The notes beneath the pieces were generated by a model. That model saw nothing but the letters and a program-made list of their open reading frames with translations, was not told where the DNA came from and did no database searches. A stretch of 64,000 nt of DNA, from assembly GCA_951406725.2 (NCBI GenBank), contig OX597818.1, positions 71,920,001 through 71,984,000 of the forward strand, in the 5' to 3' direction. Source of the stretch: Octopus vulgaris. Lineage: Eukaryota. Made by a program: the position numbers and the translations under genes. Shown here piece after piece: positions 1-12,343 of this stretch. How positions within the stretch are numbered: the first letter of the stretch is position 1; each line of letters starts with the position of its first letter.

Positions 1-2795
1 TTTTAATGCCAGAGTAGGAACAGACTGGCAAACATGGAACTCTCTAGGACGTTTTGGAGTAGGGAAAATGAATAGCAATAGTCTCATGCTACTGGAGCTT
101 TGCGAAGAACATGGACTTTACATTGCAAGTACTCATTTTGTGCACAAAGGTGATCACACAACAACATGGATGCATCCAAGGTCCAAAGTTTGGCACTTGC
201 TAGATTACGTCATCATCCGCAAGCGCGACATTTATGACATTTGTAATGTCAAATACTTGCATGGATCAGAATGCTGGACAGACCACAGTCTGGTGCGAGC
301 AAAGTTCCGAATGGTGATTAGGGCGAAAGAGAGAAGAGAACCAGTCAGCATTCCTCGCTGTCTAAATGTCCACAAGGTATATGACGTTGTGGTTAGGAAA
401 GAGCTTCAGACTCGCTTGTCCAGCATTGAAACTGCTGCAGGATGGGAAGATTTTCGAGACCAGGTTGTTCAATGTGCAGCCGAAACACTGGGGTATGTTA
501 CTGCCAGACACAGAGACTGGTTTGATGAGAATGATGCTGAAATTCAACGACTATTAGTGGTGAAGCGCCATGCCCACAGTGTGTTGCTGCACAGAGAACT
601 GTCTACTGTGCAACGAAGTCTAGCACTTGCCCACTATAACAGTGTAAAATCACTACTGCAGCGATCTCTCAGGAAGATGCAGAACACTTGGTGGGAGGAT
701 CTTGCTCGTGATGTTCAGGCTGCTGCTGATTCAAATGACAGCAAGAAGCTTTACCATCTTATGAAGCGAGCTTATGGACCTAAGAGCTCCACATCAGCTC
801 CTTTGCTTTTCAAGGAGTCTTCCACTATGTTTACTAAATCAACAGAAATCACAGGTCGCTGGATCGAACACTTCTCTGAACTCCTAAATCATGAGTCAGT
901 TTGTGGATGAAACAGTGATTGACACTATGAAACAAAGACCTATCATTGACTCCTTAGACTCCTCGCCATCAATACATGAAGTAATTACATCAATAAGTAA
1001 ATTGAATCTTGGTAGGGCACCTGGAAAGGATGGAATTTGTGCTGAGGTCTTGTGATTTGGTGGTAACTGCATCACACAGTCCCTTCATGAACTTATTAGT
1101 GCAGTCTGGAGGGATGGTGCAATCCCTAAGGACTGGAAGGATGCAATTATTCTTCCTCTGTATAAAGGAAAAGGAGCCAGAACAATGTGTGGTAACTACA
1201 GAGGTATTGCTCTACTATCAGCTGCTGGCAAGGTTCTTACCTTCGTCTGAATGGGTGTCTCGTAAATGATGTCCTATCTGAATCTCAATGTGGCTTCCGA
1301 TCTGGTAGAGGGAAAATGGATATGATTTTCACAGCAAGACAGATGCAGGAGAAGTGCTATGAGCAGAATATGGATCTTGTCCAGGTATTCATTGATTTAA
1401 CTAAGGCCTGTAAATACTGTAAATAGGGCATTTGATACTGTAAATAGGGCATTTCTATGGAAAATACTTGGCAAACTTGGATGTCCGGATCACTTTGTAT
1501 CAATAATTAAATCATTTCATGATGGGATGGAGGCTTGGGTCAATGTTGGTGGTGCCATGGCGGGACCCATCACTGTAGAGAATGGTGTTAAGCAGGGTGA
1601 CATCCCCAACTCTCTTTTCTTTGTACTTTGCTGCTACTTTTACTCATGCTTTTGCTAAGGTTAGCTCTCTGGAAATATATGTCAGATATCGATCTTCTGG
1701 CCGCCTCTTTAATCTTCGCCGATTTGCTGCCAATTCAAAGGTTTCCCAGTCTATTATTCGTGACCTACTTTATGCAGATGACTGTGACTTAGTCACTCAT
1801 ACAGTGGATGACATGCAAATACTCATGAATTGCATTTCTGCTTCTTGCAGGGCATTTGGACTCAGCATTAGCCTGGACAAGACTGTTGTAATGTTCCAGC
1901 CTGCACCAGGAAATCCATATATAGAACCAGCTATCTTGGTTGAAGGAACGATTCTGAAGGTAGTAGACAAGTTTGTCTACCTGGGCAGCACACTCAGCCG
2001 TTCTTGCTCCCTGGATGAGGAAATATCTTTCAGGTTGCAGAGAGCAACTAATTCCTTCCGGTCTCTTCAGTCTCGTGTCTGGTCCCAACATGGCATCGCA
2101 AGGAGAACAAAAGTTGCTGTGTACCGTGCTTGTGTACTGACATCGCTTCTCTACTCATGTGAGACATGGACTCTGTACAAACGTCAGGTCAGGGTCCTTG
2201 AACGTTTTCATCAGAGATGTCTCAGACACATTCTCAATGTTGGCTGGACCTCAAAAATTCCAGACACACAGATCCTGAGGACAGCTGATATCTTGAGTAT
2301 TGAGGCGATGGTACACAAGCACCAGTTGCGTTGGACTGGACACCTTATTAGAATGGAGGATAGAAGGATTCCTAAACTGATGCTCTATGGAGAACTTGTG
2401 AATGGAAGGAGACTCCGGCAGAAACCAAGGCTGCGATTTAAGGACTGTGTCAAGTCCTCGTTAAAGGCCTTTGATATGCAGGACACTGACTGGGAGAACA
2501 ATGTCTGTCATCGCCACAGATGGAGGAAGCAGGTTAAGGAGGGGATCGACACTTTTGAGAGAGCACGTATCCAGCATGAAGAACTTAAGCAAGCTGCGCG
2601 AAAGCGCACGGCTCGTATAGTGAATGAGGAAAGCTTGGTCTGCAATGTTTGCAGTCGTGTATGCTTGTCAAGAGCATGGCTCATTAGGCACCAACGGAGC
2701 CGCAAATGCAAAATATAAGTTAGTCCTAGAGCACACAATGTTCCTGAAGGTCGGCAATGGTCTTCCTCGGTCACGAGTGGACGGCCATCATCATG
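1..2795 (+). mobile_element. RTE-clade LINE (APE endonuclease + RT), frameshifted, runs off the left edge of the window
   Basis: ORF 68-910 has the APE C-terminus (TWMHPRSKVWHLLDY...TDH). Broken RT frames follow (APGKDG, YRGIALL, LLYADD in ORF 1582-2718, FVYLGS, LLYSCETW, LRWTGHLIRM), then a terminal CxxC...H motif and a short CAT-repeat tail near 2787-2795. Confidence 0.93.
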
Positions 2796-2813
2796 TATGT
2801 ATGTATATGTATA

Positions 2814-3246
2814 TCTTTTATCTTTTACTTGTTTCAGTTATTTGACAGTGGCCATGCTGGGGCATCGCCTTGAGGAGTTTCAGTCGAATGAATCAACCCC
2901 ACAACATTTTAAAAGCCTGATATGTATTCTCTCAGTCTTTTATGCCGGACCGCTAAGTTGCAGGGACCAAAACACACCAGCACCGGTTGTCAAGACGGTG
3001 GTGGGGAACAATCACGGACACAAAGACACGCACACATAGATATATGCATATATACTTACACACACACATACACACACACATACGAGGTGCTACATTCAAT
3101 TTCCACCTACCAGATCCACTCACAAAGCTTTGGCCAGCTCGAGGTTATAGTAGAAGGCACTTGCCCAAAGTGCCACGCAGTGGGATTGAACACGGAACAG
3201 TATGTTTGGGAAGCAAGTTTCTTACCACACAGCCACGACTGCGCCC
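2814..3246 (-). mobile_element. tRNA-derived SINE family A (diverged copy)
   Basis: Reverse complement aligns by eye to the family A copy at 55739-56158 (head, TTGGGCAAGTG core, GTAAAAGA tail). Confidence 0.85.
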
Positions 3247-3284
3247 ATATATATATATATATAATATACACGCACACACGCGCG

Positions 3285-3383
<99 letters not shown>

Positions 3384-3629
3384 GAAAACATGTGAAATAC
3401 CAGAACTGATGTCATGAAAGATTAATTTCGTTTATTTCAACATTCTTCTTTTTCTTTCAGGATGACAATCGGTAGCATAGTTTGATAAGTAGTATATTTT
3501 GATAATTACAGTTAAACACTCGTCTAAAGGGAAAGGGCGCATTAGGTGATGCAGCCCTGGATATTTCTTCAAAGGCGGAACGGTTAAGAGTGAGTAGCCT
3601 AGCCTTTGGTTATAAATTAGTTCAATCAG

Positions 3630-3830
3630 AGCTGACACAAAGTCAGTATTTTTGAAGGGAAGGCGTTTGTCAATATTATCGACCCATAATCCTTGCCTAA
3701 CGCTCTAACCTCGATGGATTGAAGGTAATGTTACCTTCAGCGGGATCTGAACTCAGAATGTAAAGAGCTTGAGAAAATGCCGCAAGGTATTTCGTCCTGT
3801 GCTCTAAAGAGTCTGCATATCCACGGCCCC
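3630..3830 (-). mobile_element. SINE family B (old copy)
   Basis: Contains GAACTCAGAATGTAAAGA...AAATGCCGCAAG, the reverse complement of the family B head at 14800 and 56663. Confidence 0.65.
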
Positions 3831-5254
3831 TGTAATAAATATGGAAACAGAAAAAATGTTAATTCAATTTGCTGATATAAAAAAGGGAGTTAATAGCGTC
3901 AATGTCGCATCTACCCAAAATGGTTTACCTAGAGCTAACTTAAATTACATAAAGATCTTTGAGTATTCATATATCTATTATCACGGAGAATTCCATAGCA
4001 TGTCTGTAAAAGAATGGACCTGTCAGATCGGTAGTCTATTTTTATTCTGTCAAATATCATTAAGAGACACCAGAGAAGGCTGTTCACAATGCTAATATGT
4101 CAATTAGTAGACACAAGAGAGAAAAAAATGTCAAAGAGCTGTAAAAATGATACAGTGTATTCATACAACAGTCTTTTGACGTTGATTTCTGTTTTATATT
4201 TCAGATGACATGGTATTTACGTTAATTTATTTCTTAGCCATTCTTACATAACTTTGTATTGACGCTAGAAGGAAGCAGTGGTCGTGGTCGGTGTCATTCT
4301 TAAGGAAGGTTGAACGAAAAGTTGAGGACACTAGACTGAGAGATATGATTAGATTAAAGAAGGCAGAATGAAATGAAAATGAAAGAAAGAGAAATAAAAA
4401 GAAGGAAAGGGTGGGGTGCTGTCGAAGAGGGGAAATAAGGAAAACACGAAAAGAAAGAAGAAAGAAGTCGAAAGATGAGAAGGAGAGAAGGCAGGAAAAC
4501 AATATAAAAGAAAAAAGTGTGAAATAGAAATGCATACATACATACATGCATGCATACATACATACATACGTGCATACATGCATATGTATATATAAATATA
4601 TATATATGTATATATATATATACATATACATACATACATACATACATATATATATACATATATATATATACATACATACATATACATATACATATGCATA
4701 CATACATACATACATACATATACATATATATATATATGTTTTTTGCATTATAACTCACCACGTGGGGATAATCGAAATTCTCCTCCTCTCCTTTCTTACT
4801 ATATATAATTTATAAAAACACCTGTTTGTAACTTTATACCGTAAAGGAAAATTATAGTCCTCAAGTAAACTCGATTAAGGGTGAGAATGATACCTACATT
4901 GCTAGAAGTAGGAGCTAAAATACTTCAATGGTGTTACAAAACACATAGCGTATACTCTGATAGGGCCTGTAATCGCCGACACACAAAACCGAGCACTCCT
5001 TAGACTAACTGGCTAATTTGGGCTATTTCCGTAGCCATCTTCAGCAAGACCAGCTCCTTCGGTTGATTCTGGGTTACCTCGCCTATCAGAGTATATATAT
5101 ATTCACCATAAAAATCTATGGACGATTTAGTAGATCGCTAATGTGTATACAAAAAAAAAAATAAATAAAAACACCTGCCTGCAACGTTATACCGGTTTGC
5201 TGCCGTTTACTCAACATGCAGGAATTGAACACTTATATTGTATGTTTTAAACTA

Positions 5255-5338
5255 CCTCTGAAGAGATTTGACTTTCAAATAATTTAAAATTTAATCAATT
5301 AATTTTCTGAAGGTTTGGAATTGAAACAGCTGTAAGGG
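5255..5338 (+). ncRNA. Minimal type-I hammerhead ribozyme motif with long stem II
   Basis: cct-CTGAAGA(5258-5264)-stem II gatt..gactttca/tgaaggtt..aatt-GAAA(5323)-C-agct-G-TA-agg, followed by AATAAA and a (TA)n tract. Confidence 0.7.
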
Positions 5339-5397
5339 ATGTTTGTCAATTTTTTAATAAATAAAAAATTACTGATTACCTCTCTTTTTCTCATCTT

Positions 5398-5462
<65 letters not shown>

Positions 5463-5634
5463 ATGGTTTATATAGTTGCCTTGCAGTTGAGTATTAACTG
5501 CAATGTTCAATATTCTTTGTATAAGTAACTAACCAGTATTTTCATAAGATTTTGCTATCCCTGAATGAGGTTTGTAACTTTCATTTGTGTTTCTGTTTTA
5601 AATATATATATATAGTCTAGTCCTGCTAGAATGG

Positions 5635-6260
5635 ACAGGATACAAACAGGGGGCAGAGATTAGTCAGAATATTGATGACGTACCTTTCTGCTTGACTAGT
5701 CACCTAACAAAATACAGACAGGGGGCAGATCTAATGCAGCTATAAGTCGTGATTGGGCAGAATCTTGATGACGTCCCGTTCTGCTTGACTAAGCCACCTA
5801 ACGAAACGACTGGTCAAAACAGGATACAGACAAGAGGCAGTTATAATATAGCGAGAGGTCACGATTGGTCAGAATGCTGATGACGTCCCGTTCTGCTTGA
5901 CTAAGCCACCTAACGAAAAGGGGCAGATCTAATACAGCTATAAGTCGTGATTGGTCAGAATCATGATGACGTACCGTCCTGCTTGACTAAGCCACCTAAT
6001 GAAACGACTGGTCAAAACAGGATACAGACAAGAGGCAGTTATAATACAGCGATAGGTCACGATTGGTCAGAATGTTGATGACGTACCGTTCTGCTTGACT
6101 AAAGCCACCTAACGAAACGATTGGTCAAAACGTTGATGACGTCACACTACACTGGACTGACCACCTAACAGGTATTATAAAACCCGAACAATTCACAAGT
6201 CTCACTAGAATCACCCAGCGAACATCCACCATGGGTCATCACAATTGCTCAAGGTAAAAA
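5635..6260 (+). promoter_or_regulatory. Tandem CCAAT/CRE repeat array ending in a TATA box (promoter-like cassette)
   Basis: About 6 imperfect units of GATTGGTCAGAATNNTGATGACGTNCCGTTCTGCTTGACTAAGCCACCTAAC. Perfect TGACGTCA at 6137-6144, TATAAAA at 6176-6182, CCACCATGG around ATG 6231. Confidence 0.5.
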
Positions 6261-6602
6261 TGAATTCCTCGCTCTTTCGGGAACATCAATCTTCTGTATT
6301 GACTGCTTTCCACCACTTTGATCTGTTTTTTGTATTGAATACGTATCGCCACCGTGGGCCACTGCATCGAACACTTTGAACATATAGCATGAATGAACTT
6401 ACTTCAAACTATATTTGAACTTTAAGATGTCTGACTCCGTTGTGTATTGTAAATGAATTTCTTGTGTTTGACGGCATGAGCTGTCTTTTTTTATATATAA
6501 CTTTTTTTGATAAGGTTCATTTCAGGAACTGAAACATGTTATACTGTATATATAAAAATTAAAAATTGTATAATATAGCAGCATTTTCGAACTTCATTTT
6601 TT

Positions 6603-6674
<72 letters not shown>

Positions 6675-6694
6675 CAATCATAAAGGGAAAGGTA

Positions 6695-6742
6695 GTCTTA
6701 CAGCTGTTTCTGCGATATTAAGCATTTCCCTTCGTCAGAGAC
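6695..6742 (-). ncRNA. Minimal type-I hammerhead ribozyme motif
   Basis: Minus strand reads gtct-CTGACGA-agggaaatgcttaatatcgca-GAAA-C-agct-G-TA-agac. Stem I gtct/agac is intact; stem II is eroded. Confidence 0.7.
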
Positions 6743-7092
6743 GAAATGAGAGAGTTATCTAGAGGGAAATAGTATAGTTCAATATAAGGAGTTACTTTGG
6801 AAAAAGATGGATATAGGGAGTATAAATGGAAATAAGAGAATAAAATAAAAGTAAAAATGTATGTTGGATGTTACAGCGCAGTTCCATTATACATGTAGGA
6901 TGTTATGGTTGCAATTCCATTATCCACAGAAAGTGCACTTTCCTTGAATAATGGAACTGCAACTGTAGCATCCTACACATATTTTTACTTTTATTTTTAT
7001 TCTCTTATTTCCTTTTAAACTTCCTATATCAATCATTTTCGAAAATAACTCATGATATTGAACTATACTATTTCCCTTAACTCTTTCATATT

Positions 7093-7134
7093 GTCTCTGA
7101 TGAAAGGATATCCCTAATATCCCAGAAACAGCTG
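7093..7134 (+). ncRNA. Hammerhead motif with lost cleavage site
   Basis: gtct-CTGATGA-aaggatat(cccta)atatccca-GAAA-C-agct-G, then AA instead of TA-agac. Confidence 0.55.
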
Positions 7135-7442
7135 AATTATTAGATTTCTCTTTATAAATGTCCTATAAATTCCACACAGCCTTGGCTTTGTTGTCTCATT
7201 TTATTTAACATATACATGCTCACACAAGACCCGCATTAGAATGCTCACGCAAATTATTATCGAACCGGAAGTGTAACTACAGTCCTCCCGTAGCACTTAC
7301 ATAGCATTACCTGCCATCTTGGGCTTTCTGGATAGCAACACCTCTCATATATATATATGTGTGTGTGTGTGTATCTATATCTATATTTATATCTATCTAT
7401 CTATCTATATATTTATATTTATATATATATATATATATATGT

Positions 7443-7491
<49 letters not shown>

Positions 7492-7505
7492 CTATATATG
7501 TATAC

Positions 7506-7538
<33 letters not shown>

Positions 7539-7850
7539 TGTATGTATGTATGTATGTATATATGCATGCATGTATGTATGTGTGTGTGTTTGTATGTGTG
7601 TGTATGTCTATAGTAATAGGTAAGCACGATCCAAGGGTGTTAGTAAGCTTCGAGAATGTATGTAGATAGCACAGATGATAAAAACTAGACAATATGCTAA
7701 AAAAAGAAGCTTATTAACATCGTAAGTTACCCACAATTCGTCCCATATTGAAATTAAAGGGAACTTCGATAACCATTCATGGTTTAGCAACAAAATCGCT
7801 AAAGATACGATTAAACTTGGAGAATGTGAGAAATGGAAGAAGTGAAACAT

Positions 7851-7931
7851 GGACTACAATCGTTTCATAGCTAAAACAATGTTACATAACTTCTAAAATG
7901 TGTAGAACCAACTTAGCTGATCTTCAGGTCT
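7851..7931 (-). ncRNA. Type-I hammerhead motif, long stem II
   Basis: Minus strand reads gac-CTGAAGA-tcagctaa...ttagctat-GAAA-C-gatt-G-TA-gtc. Confidence 0.7.
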
Positions 7932-8047
7932 TATTATCTGTAATTTGTTTACATTGTCGCGTAAAACCAAAACAAAAATCAAACAAAAAGCAAGTAAAAA
8001 TAAGCAAGAAATAATAAAAACAACGCGACTATGAAAACATATAGATA

Positions 8048-8132
8048 GGATCTGGAGATTAGCTAAGCTGGTTCTACGCATGTTACAAGTTATGTAACAT
8101 ACATAGTTTCAGCTGCGAAACGATCGTAGTCC
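8048..8132 (+). ncRNA. Type-I hammerhead motif, one core substitution
   Basis: ggat-CTGGAGA-ttagct...agctgc-GAAA-C-gatc-G-TA-gtcc, with a palindromic stem III loop. Confidence 0.6.
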
Positions 8133-8617
8133 GTGTTTTACCTGTTCCATTGTTTACATTCTCAGGATGTTTTTTCTTCATTTGTATTGCTTTTACGTCC
8201 TGTTCTTGTTACTTGTTTTACCCCTCTGCAAAATAATTTTATTTAATTCCTTTTGCAGGAAGGATTGCTTCGGCCGGCTCGTGTTCTGACCTTACCTTCG
8301 AAACATGAATTGAATCGAACCAGGGGCAGCTGATGAAGGGGAATTTTCCTTGTATTGTTTGTCCTGTACTCTGTTTTTTCGTTGTTAAAAAAAGTCCGTT
8401 TCCTTGTTTGATTTTATGTTTTCGTTTCTCGATGTGTTCTACGTTTATTTGTGGTGTCCTATACATATACATATAGATGTAAGTATGTACATATATGTAT
8501 GTATATATGCATATGTTTTATTTATTTACTATATTGTTATTATATGACCGAACGCACGCGTTGTTTTCTTTTCTCCAAGTAAGTTTTTATTTATATATAT
8601 ATATATCGTTTTCCAAA

Positions 8618-8710
8618 GACCGATAGAATAAATACTAGGCTTACAAAGAATAAGTCCTTGAGTCGATTTTTTCGACTAAAGGTGGTGCTGCAGCATGGCT
8701 GCAGTCAAAT
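8618..8710 (+). mobile_element. SINE family A 3' fragment
   Basis: GACCGATAGAATAAATACTAGGCTTACAAAGAATAAGTCC...GCAGTCAAAT matches 56030-56121. Confidence 0.8.
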
Positions 8711-9496
8711 ATATATGAATATATATCCGGTCATAAGGGTCTGAAGAAACACCGCAAAACTAAGCGCTTATGGGCATGAGAGCCAGAGTAACCTCAAAGA
8801 CTGGCCAGAGCCATCTTTACACACACACACACACATACACTCACTCACACACACACACACACACACACATACACACACACACACACACACACATATATAT
8901 GTATGTGCTTTTCTTTTAGTTCAATATAGTTGTATACGAAGATTTCACTCAACACTTTTCGTTAGAGTTTCATATATATTTTACTTCCTCAAAGAAGTGA
9001 CTGACAGTTATTAGAAGTTTTGCCTTAGTTGACTCTTCTAGACTGTATGAAATTAATAAACCGAAATAATTTTAAATCATTAAATAATACTTAATAAATT
9101 TTACAAAAATAACAATAAATCGAATTCAATAAACAACAGGGTGAAATTAATTTTGAACACTTTTAAGAAGAATAGCAAATCGTAAAATTAGTAAAATGCG
9201 AAAGTTCTTTTATTTTAGTTGGTTGCTATGTGTGTGAATATTTCCTTTACGTCTTAAAATGATAATTGCCATAATAATTTCACGACGGAGTGTCGGGCGG
9301 AAGTGACAAAAATGAAATGACAGGAAAAAGGTGGTGCCGCCAATGTGAATGAAAGGTAGAAAGAGGAGAGAGAGGGAGAGAGTGAAGAGTGATGAGAGAA
9401 AGAGAGAAAGGGGAAGGGTTGTGCGTTTTGAGCATTGTTCAAAATGAATAATCGCAAAAACGAGTTTATTGAAATTTATTAAAATAGCAAAATGTT

Positions 9497-9912
9497 GGTT
9501 TCACATTTTGGCACAAGGCCAGCAACTGCAAGCGAAGGGGTAAGCCGATAACATCGGCCTCAGTGTTCAACAGATAATTATTTTATCGACCTTCAACAGA
9601 TAATTATTTTTCGAACTGAGCGAAATTTGAACTCAGAACGTAAATACGGACGGAATGTAGCTAAGCATTTGGCGCGGTTTGATAACAGTTCTGCCAGCTT
9701 GCCGCCTTTAAAGCAGTTTTATTGCTTTTAAATTTTGGAACAAGGTCAGTAATTTTGGGGGAAGTGCTCAGCTGGTACTTATTTTATCGACCCCAAAACG
9801 GATGAAAGGTGAGGTCGAATTCAGCTAAATTTGAACTCAGAACGTAAAGAGCGACGAAATACAGTTGAGAATTTGGTGCGGCTTCCTAACGACTCTGCCA
9901 GCTTGCCCCCTT
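9497..9912 (-). mobile_element. Two tandem SINE family B copies (~9497-9708, ~9722-9912)
   Basis: Each has TTTTGGCACAAGG, ATTTTATCGAC, TTTGAACTCAGAACGTAAA and TCTGCCAGCTTGCC. Confidence 0.8.
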
Positions 9913-9949
9913 TAATTTAGTAAAATATTAGCAATTGTAAAACGTATTT

Positions 9950-11570
9950 TGCATTTGTCAGCTTCCTTAAAGACTGAAAACAGTTTTTTTTGTTTTGTTT
10001 GTGTTTTGTCACTATTTGTATTAGTTTTCCTTGCTTCTGAAGTAGGTATTTATACAGTCCTATGGTGGTTATTTTGTAATAGTTTTCTCGCTGTATAAAG
10101 CCTCTACCACCTTCGATACGTTGTATATATATAACCTTTCTATGTCGGATTTTGGGTGAAGCATCCTAAATCCTGCCATTTTTCTTGTTTTCCTGCCTAT
10201 TTTGATGAGTTCATTTAGAGCCCAGTTAAGAATATTGTAGCTGTAACTTATAACTGGGACGGCTAGACTGTTGATACCTATTATCTTGTTTTTCGCCTTG
10301 AGCTCTGTTTTCAGTATTAATCTAACTCGTCTATAGTATTCTTTTCTTATATTCTCTTCGATTTGTGTGTGTTGTATCGTATCTAGCTCATTGATTCCTA
10401 AGTATTTGTATGTTTGGCTTTGGTCTAATTCTTTTATTTCATTTGCTTTATCTAGTGTGATGTTGCTACTCTTAACTAGTTTTCCTCTTTTCAAGGTTGC
10501 TTTGAAGCCAAATTTGATGTTTATGCGGTAAATCCATGTACTGTCTGTAGTAACGTTTCCAGCTGTTTATCATTTGTAGCGTAGTTTTACATCATCTATA
10601 TATAAGAGGTGGCTGATTGTTTTGCCGTAACAGTTTTATCCAGTTCTGTTTAGCATGTCAGATAAAGGTGTCAGTGCCAAGCAGAAAAGGTGGAGTAGAG
10701 AGAGCGTGTCTCCCTGGAATATTCCTCTTCTAATGGGGACAGCTTTGGTTCATATGAGTCCCTCTTTTGTCTGGAGCTGTAGCACTGTCTGTCATTTATT
10801 CATGGAATGTTTTATATAGTTTATGATTATTGTTGTTACCTTGTTCGTGGCTAGTGTTTCTAGGATCCATGTGTGGGGAATACTATCAAAAGCCTTTCGG
10901 TAACTGATTCAAGCCATACATAAAACCTTCTATTTGTGGCTGTCTTCAGGCATGGCTGTATTGATCAGTTGCTAATCTTCATAGGCATATGAGCCCTTGC
11001 ATCATCCCTTCTGCTCTTCCGGAAACAGGTTGTTATCTTCCAAATGTTTGCTCATTCTCTGCGATATTATTGCAGTAAAGGCTTTATAAATTGCAGGGAG
11101 ACAAGCTACCGGTCTGTAACTTTGTGGGTTTGCCGTTTCAGTGGATTTGGGAATTAGGATAGTTTTCCCTTCCGTGAACCATTTAGGCATTGTCTCTGGC
11201 TCTGCTAGTATTTCATTAAATTTCTCAGACAATTTTTTATGTGTTCCTGTTAGGTATTTTAACCAGAAGTTGGGGATCTAGTCGTGCCCAGGTGTCTTCC
11301 TGTTGCTTAGATTTTGCAGTGCCTGGGTAACCTCTTCAGCTGTTATAGGGGTTCAGAGCTGTCCAGGCGTTGTGTCCTTTGTTATGATAGATCTTTGCTG
11401 AAGTTGTTCCTTCGCCGACCATATTTCTTTCCAGAATTCTTCCATTTCTTCTGCTATTGGTCTTACATTAAGCTCTATTTTATTCTTGCCATGTTCTTGA
11501 TAGAATCTTTTGGGGTTGGAGTTGGACTGTTTCTGCGGCTATTAGTTCTGTGACGGCCTGGTTCATGCTA
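9950..11570 (-). mobile_element. R4/Dong-clade non-LTR retrotransposon, RT region (decayed)
   Basis: Minus-strand frames: PKS...YRPVACLPAIYKAFT...EEQKG, GIFQGDTLS, YKYLGI, KNKIIGINSLAVPVISYS. The truncated 5' end abuts (TAA)n. Confidence 0.85.
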
Positions 11571-11594
11571 TTTATTATTGATATTGTTTTATTA

Positions 11595-11685
<91 letters not shown>

Positions 11686-12225
11686 GAGTGAGAGGGCAGT
11701 GCAGGCCATCAATGTGACACTGGGGTAAAATATATTCGGAGCCCAGTGTACCAATCATGATTACCCGTCTGATAAGGGTACATGCATCACAACCATATGT
11801 GCGTGACATGGTGATCTCATATCAAGATAAAAAGTGCATGATCTTGCAGATGGGTCCCAGTTAGAATTTTCTTCAGGTCGAGTAGCCCATCTCGCTCAAA
11901 AGATCCCCGAATAAGGGTTATTTAAGGATGTTGAATGAAACACCCATTTCCAGAGGTAAATAATTCAAACCCGAAAGATTTCCTCTCAACACATGGCTAT
12001 GATGTTCCCTTACTACTTCTGCTCGTGATCAGAGATGCACATATCGTCAGCCATTAAGGGACATGCTCAACTGGTTAAGGTAAAACAACTGACAAGCAAA
12101 TGTGTAGTATTGAGCAAAATATTCGCTGTAGCCCATCTTTTATACCAAGACAAAACAATGTACATGATAACACTTCCAATCATTTAAGCCATGAGAGCCA
12201 CTGCCTGGTACTGCATCAGGGCATT
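11686..12225. mobile_element. Non-coding ~540-bp insertion bounded by (TAA)n on both sides
   Basis: Sharp transitions from and to TTA repeats at 11685 and 12226; no credible ORF; lies between two R4/Dong pieces. Confidence 0.55.
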
Positions 12226-12266
12226 TATTATTATTATTATTATTATTGTTGTTGTTGTTGTTGTTG

Positions 12267-12340
<74 letters not shown>

Positions 12341-12343
<3 letters not shown>

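Larger units (their letters stand above)
6695..7134. mobile_element. Fold-back non-coding element with a hammerhead motif on each arm (PLE pLTR-like)
   Basis: Diverged inverted arms of about 200 bp centred on the palindrome GAAAGTGCACTTTC (6929-6942); HHR motifs at both outer ends. Confidence 0.75.
7820..8163. mobile_element. Second fold-back element with a hammerhead motif on each arm
   Basis: Inverted arms ~7820-7932 and ~8047-8163 around an A-rich spacer; sequence unrelated to the 6695-7134 element. Confidence 0.75.

Noticed and set aside
4227-4815. Many ORFs rich in YI/CV/HT/MYV here and throughout (e.g. 7319, 27411, 39986-41777, 60358, 62597)
   Set aside because: They are translations of (TA)n, (CA)n and (CATA)n microsatellites, not proteins.
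5635-6170. Repeat array as a possible CRISPR
   Set aside because: The intervening sequences are themselves repeated, the context is eukaryotic and there are no cas genes.
8326-8400. CTGATGA plus hairpin as hammerheads (also ~28488, ~29145, ~60811)
   Set aside because: No correctly placed GAAA, stem III or NUH; at most eroded remnants.
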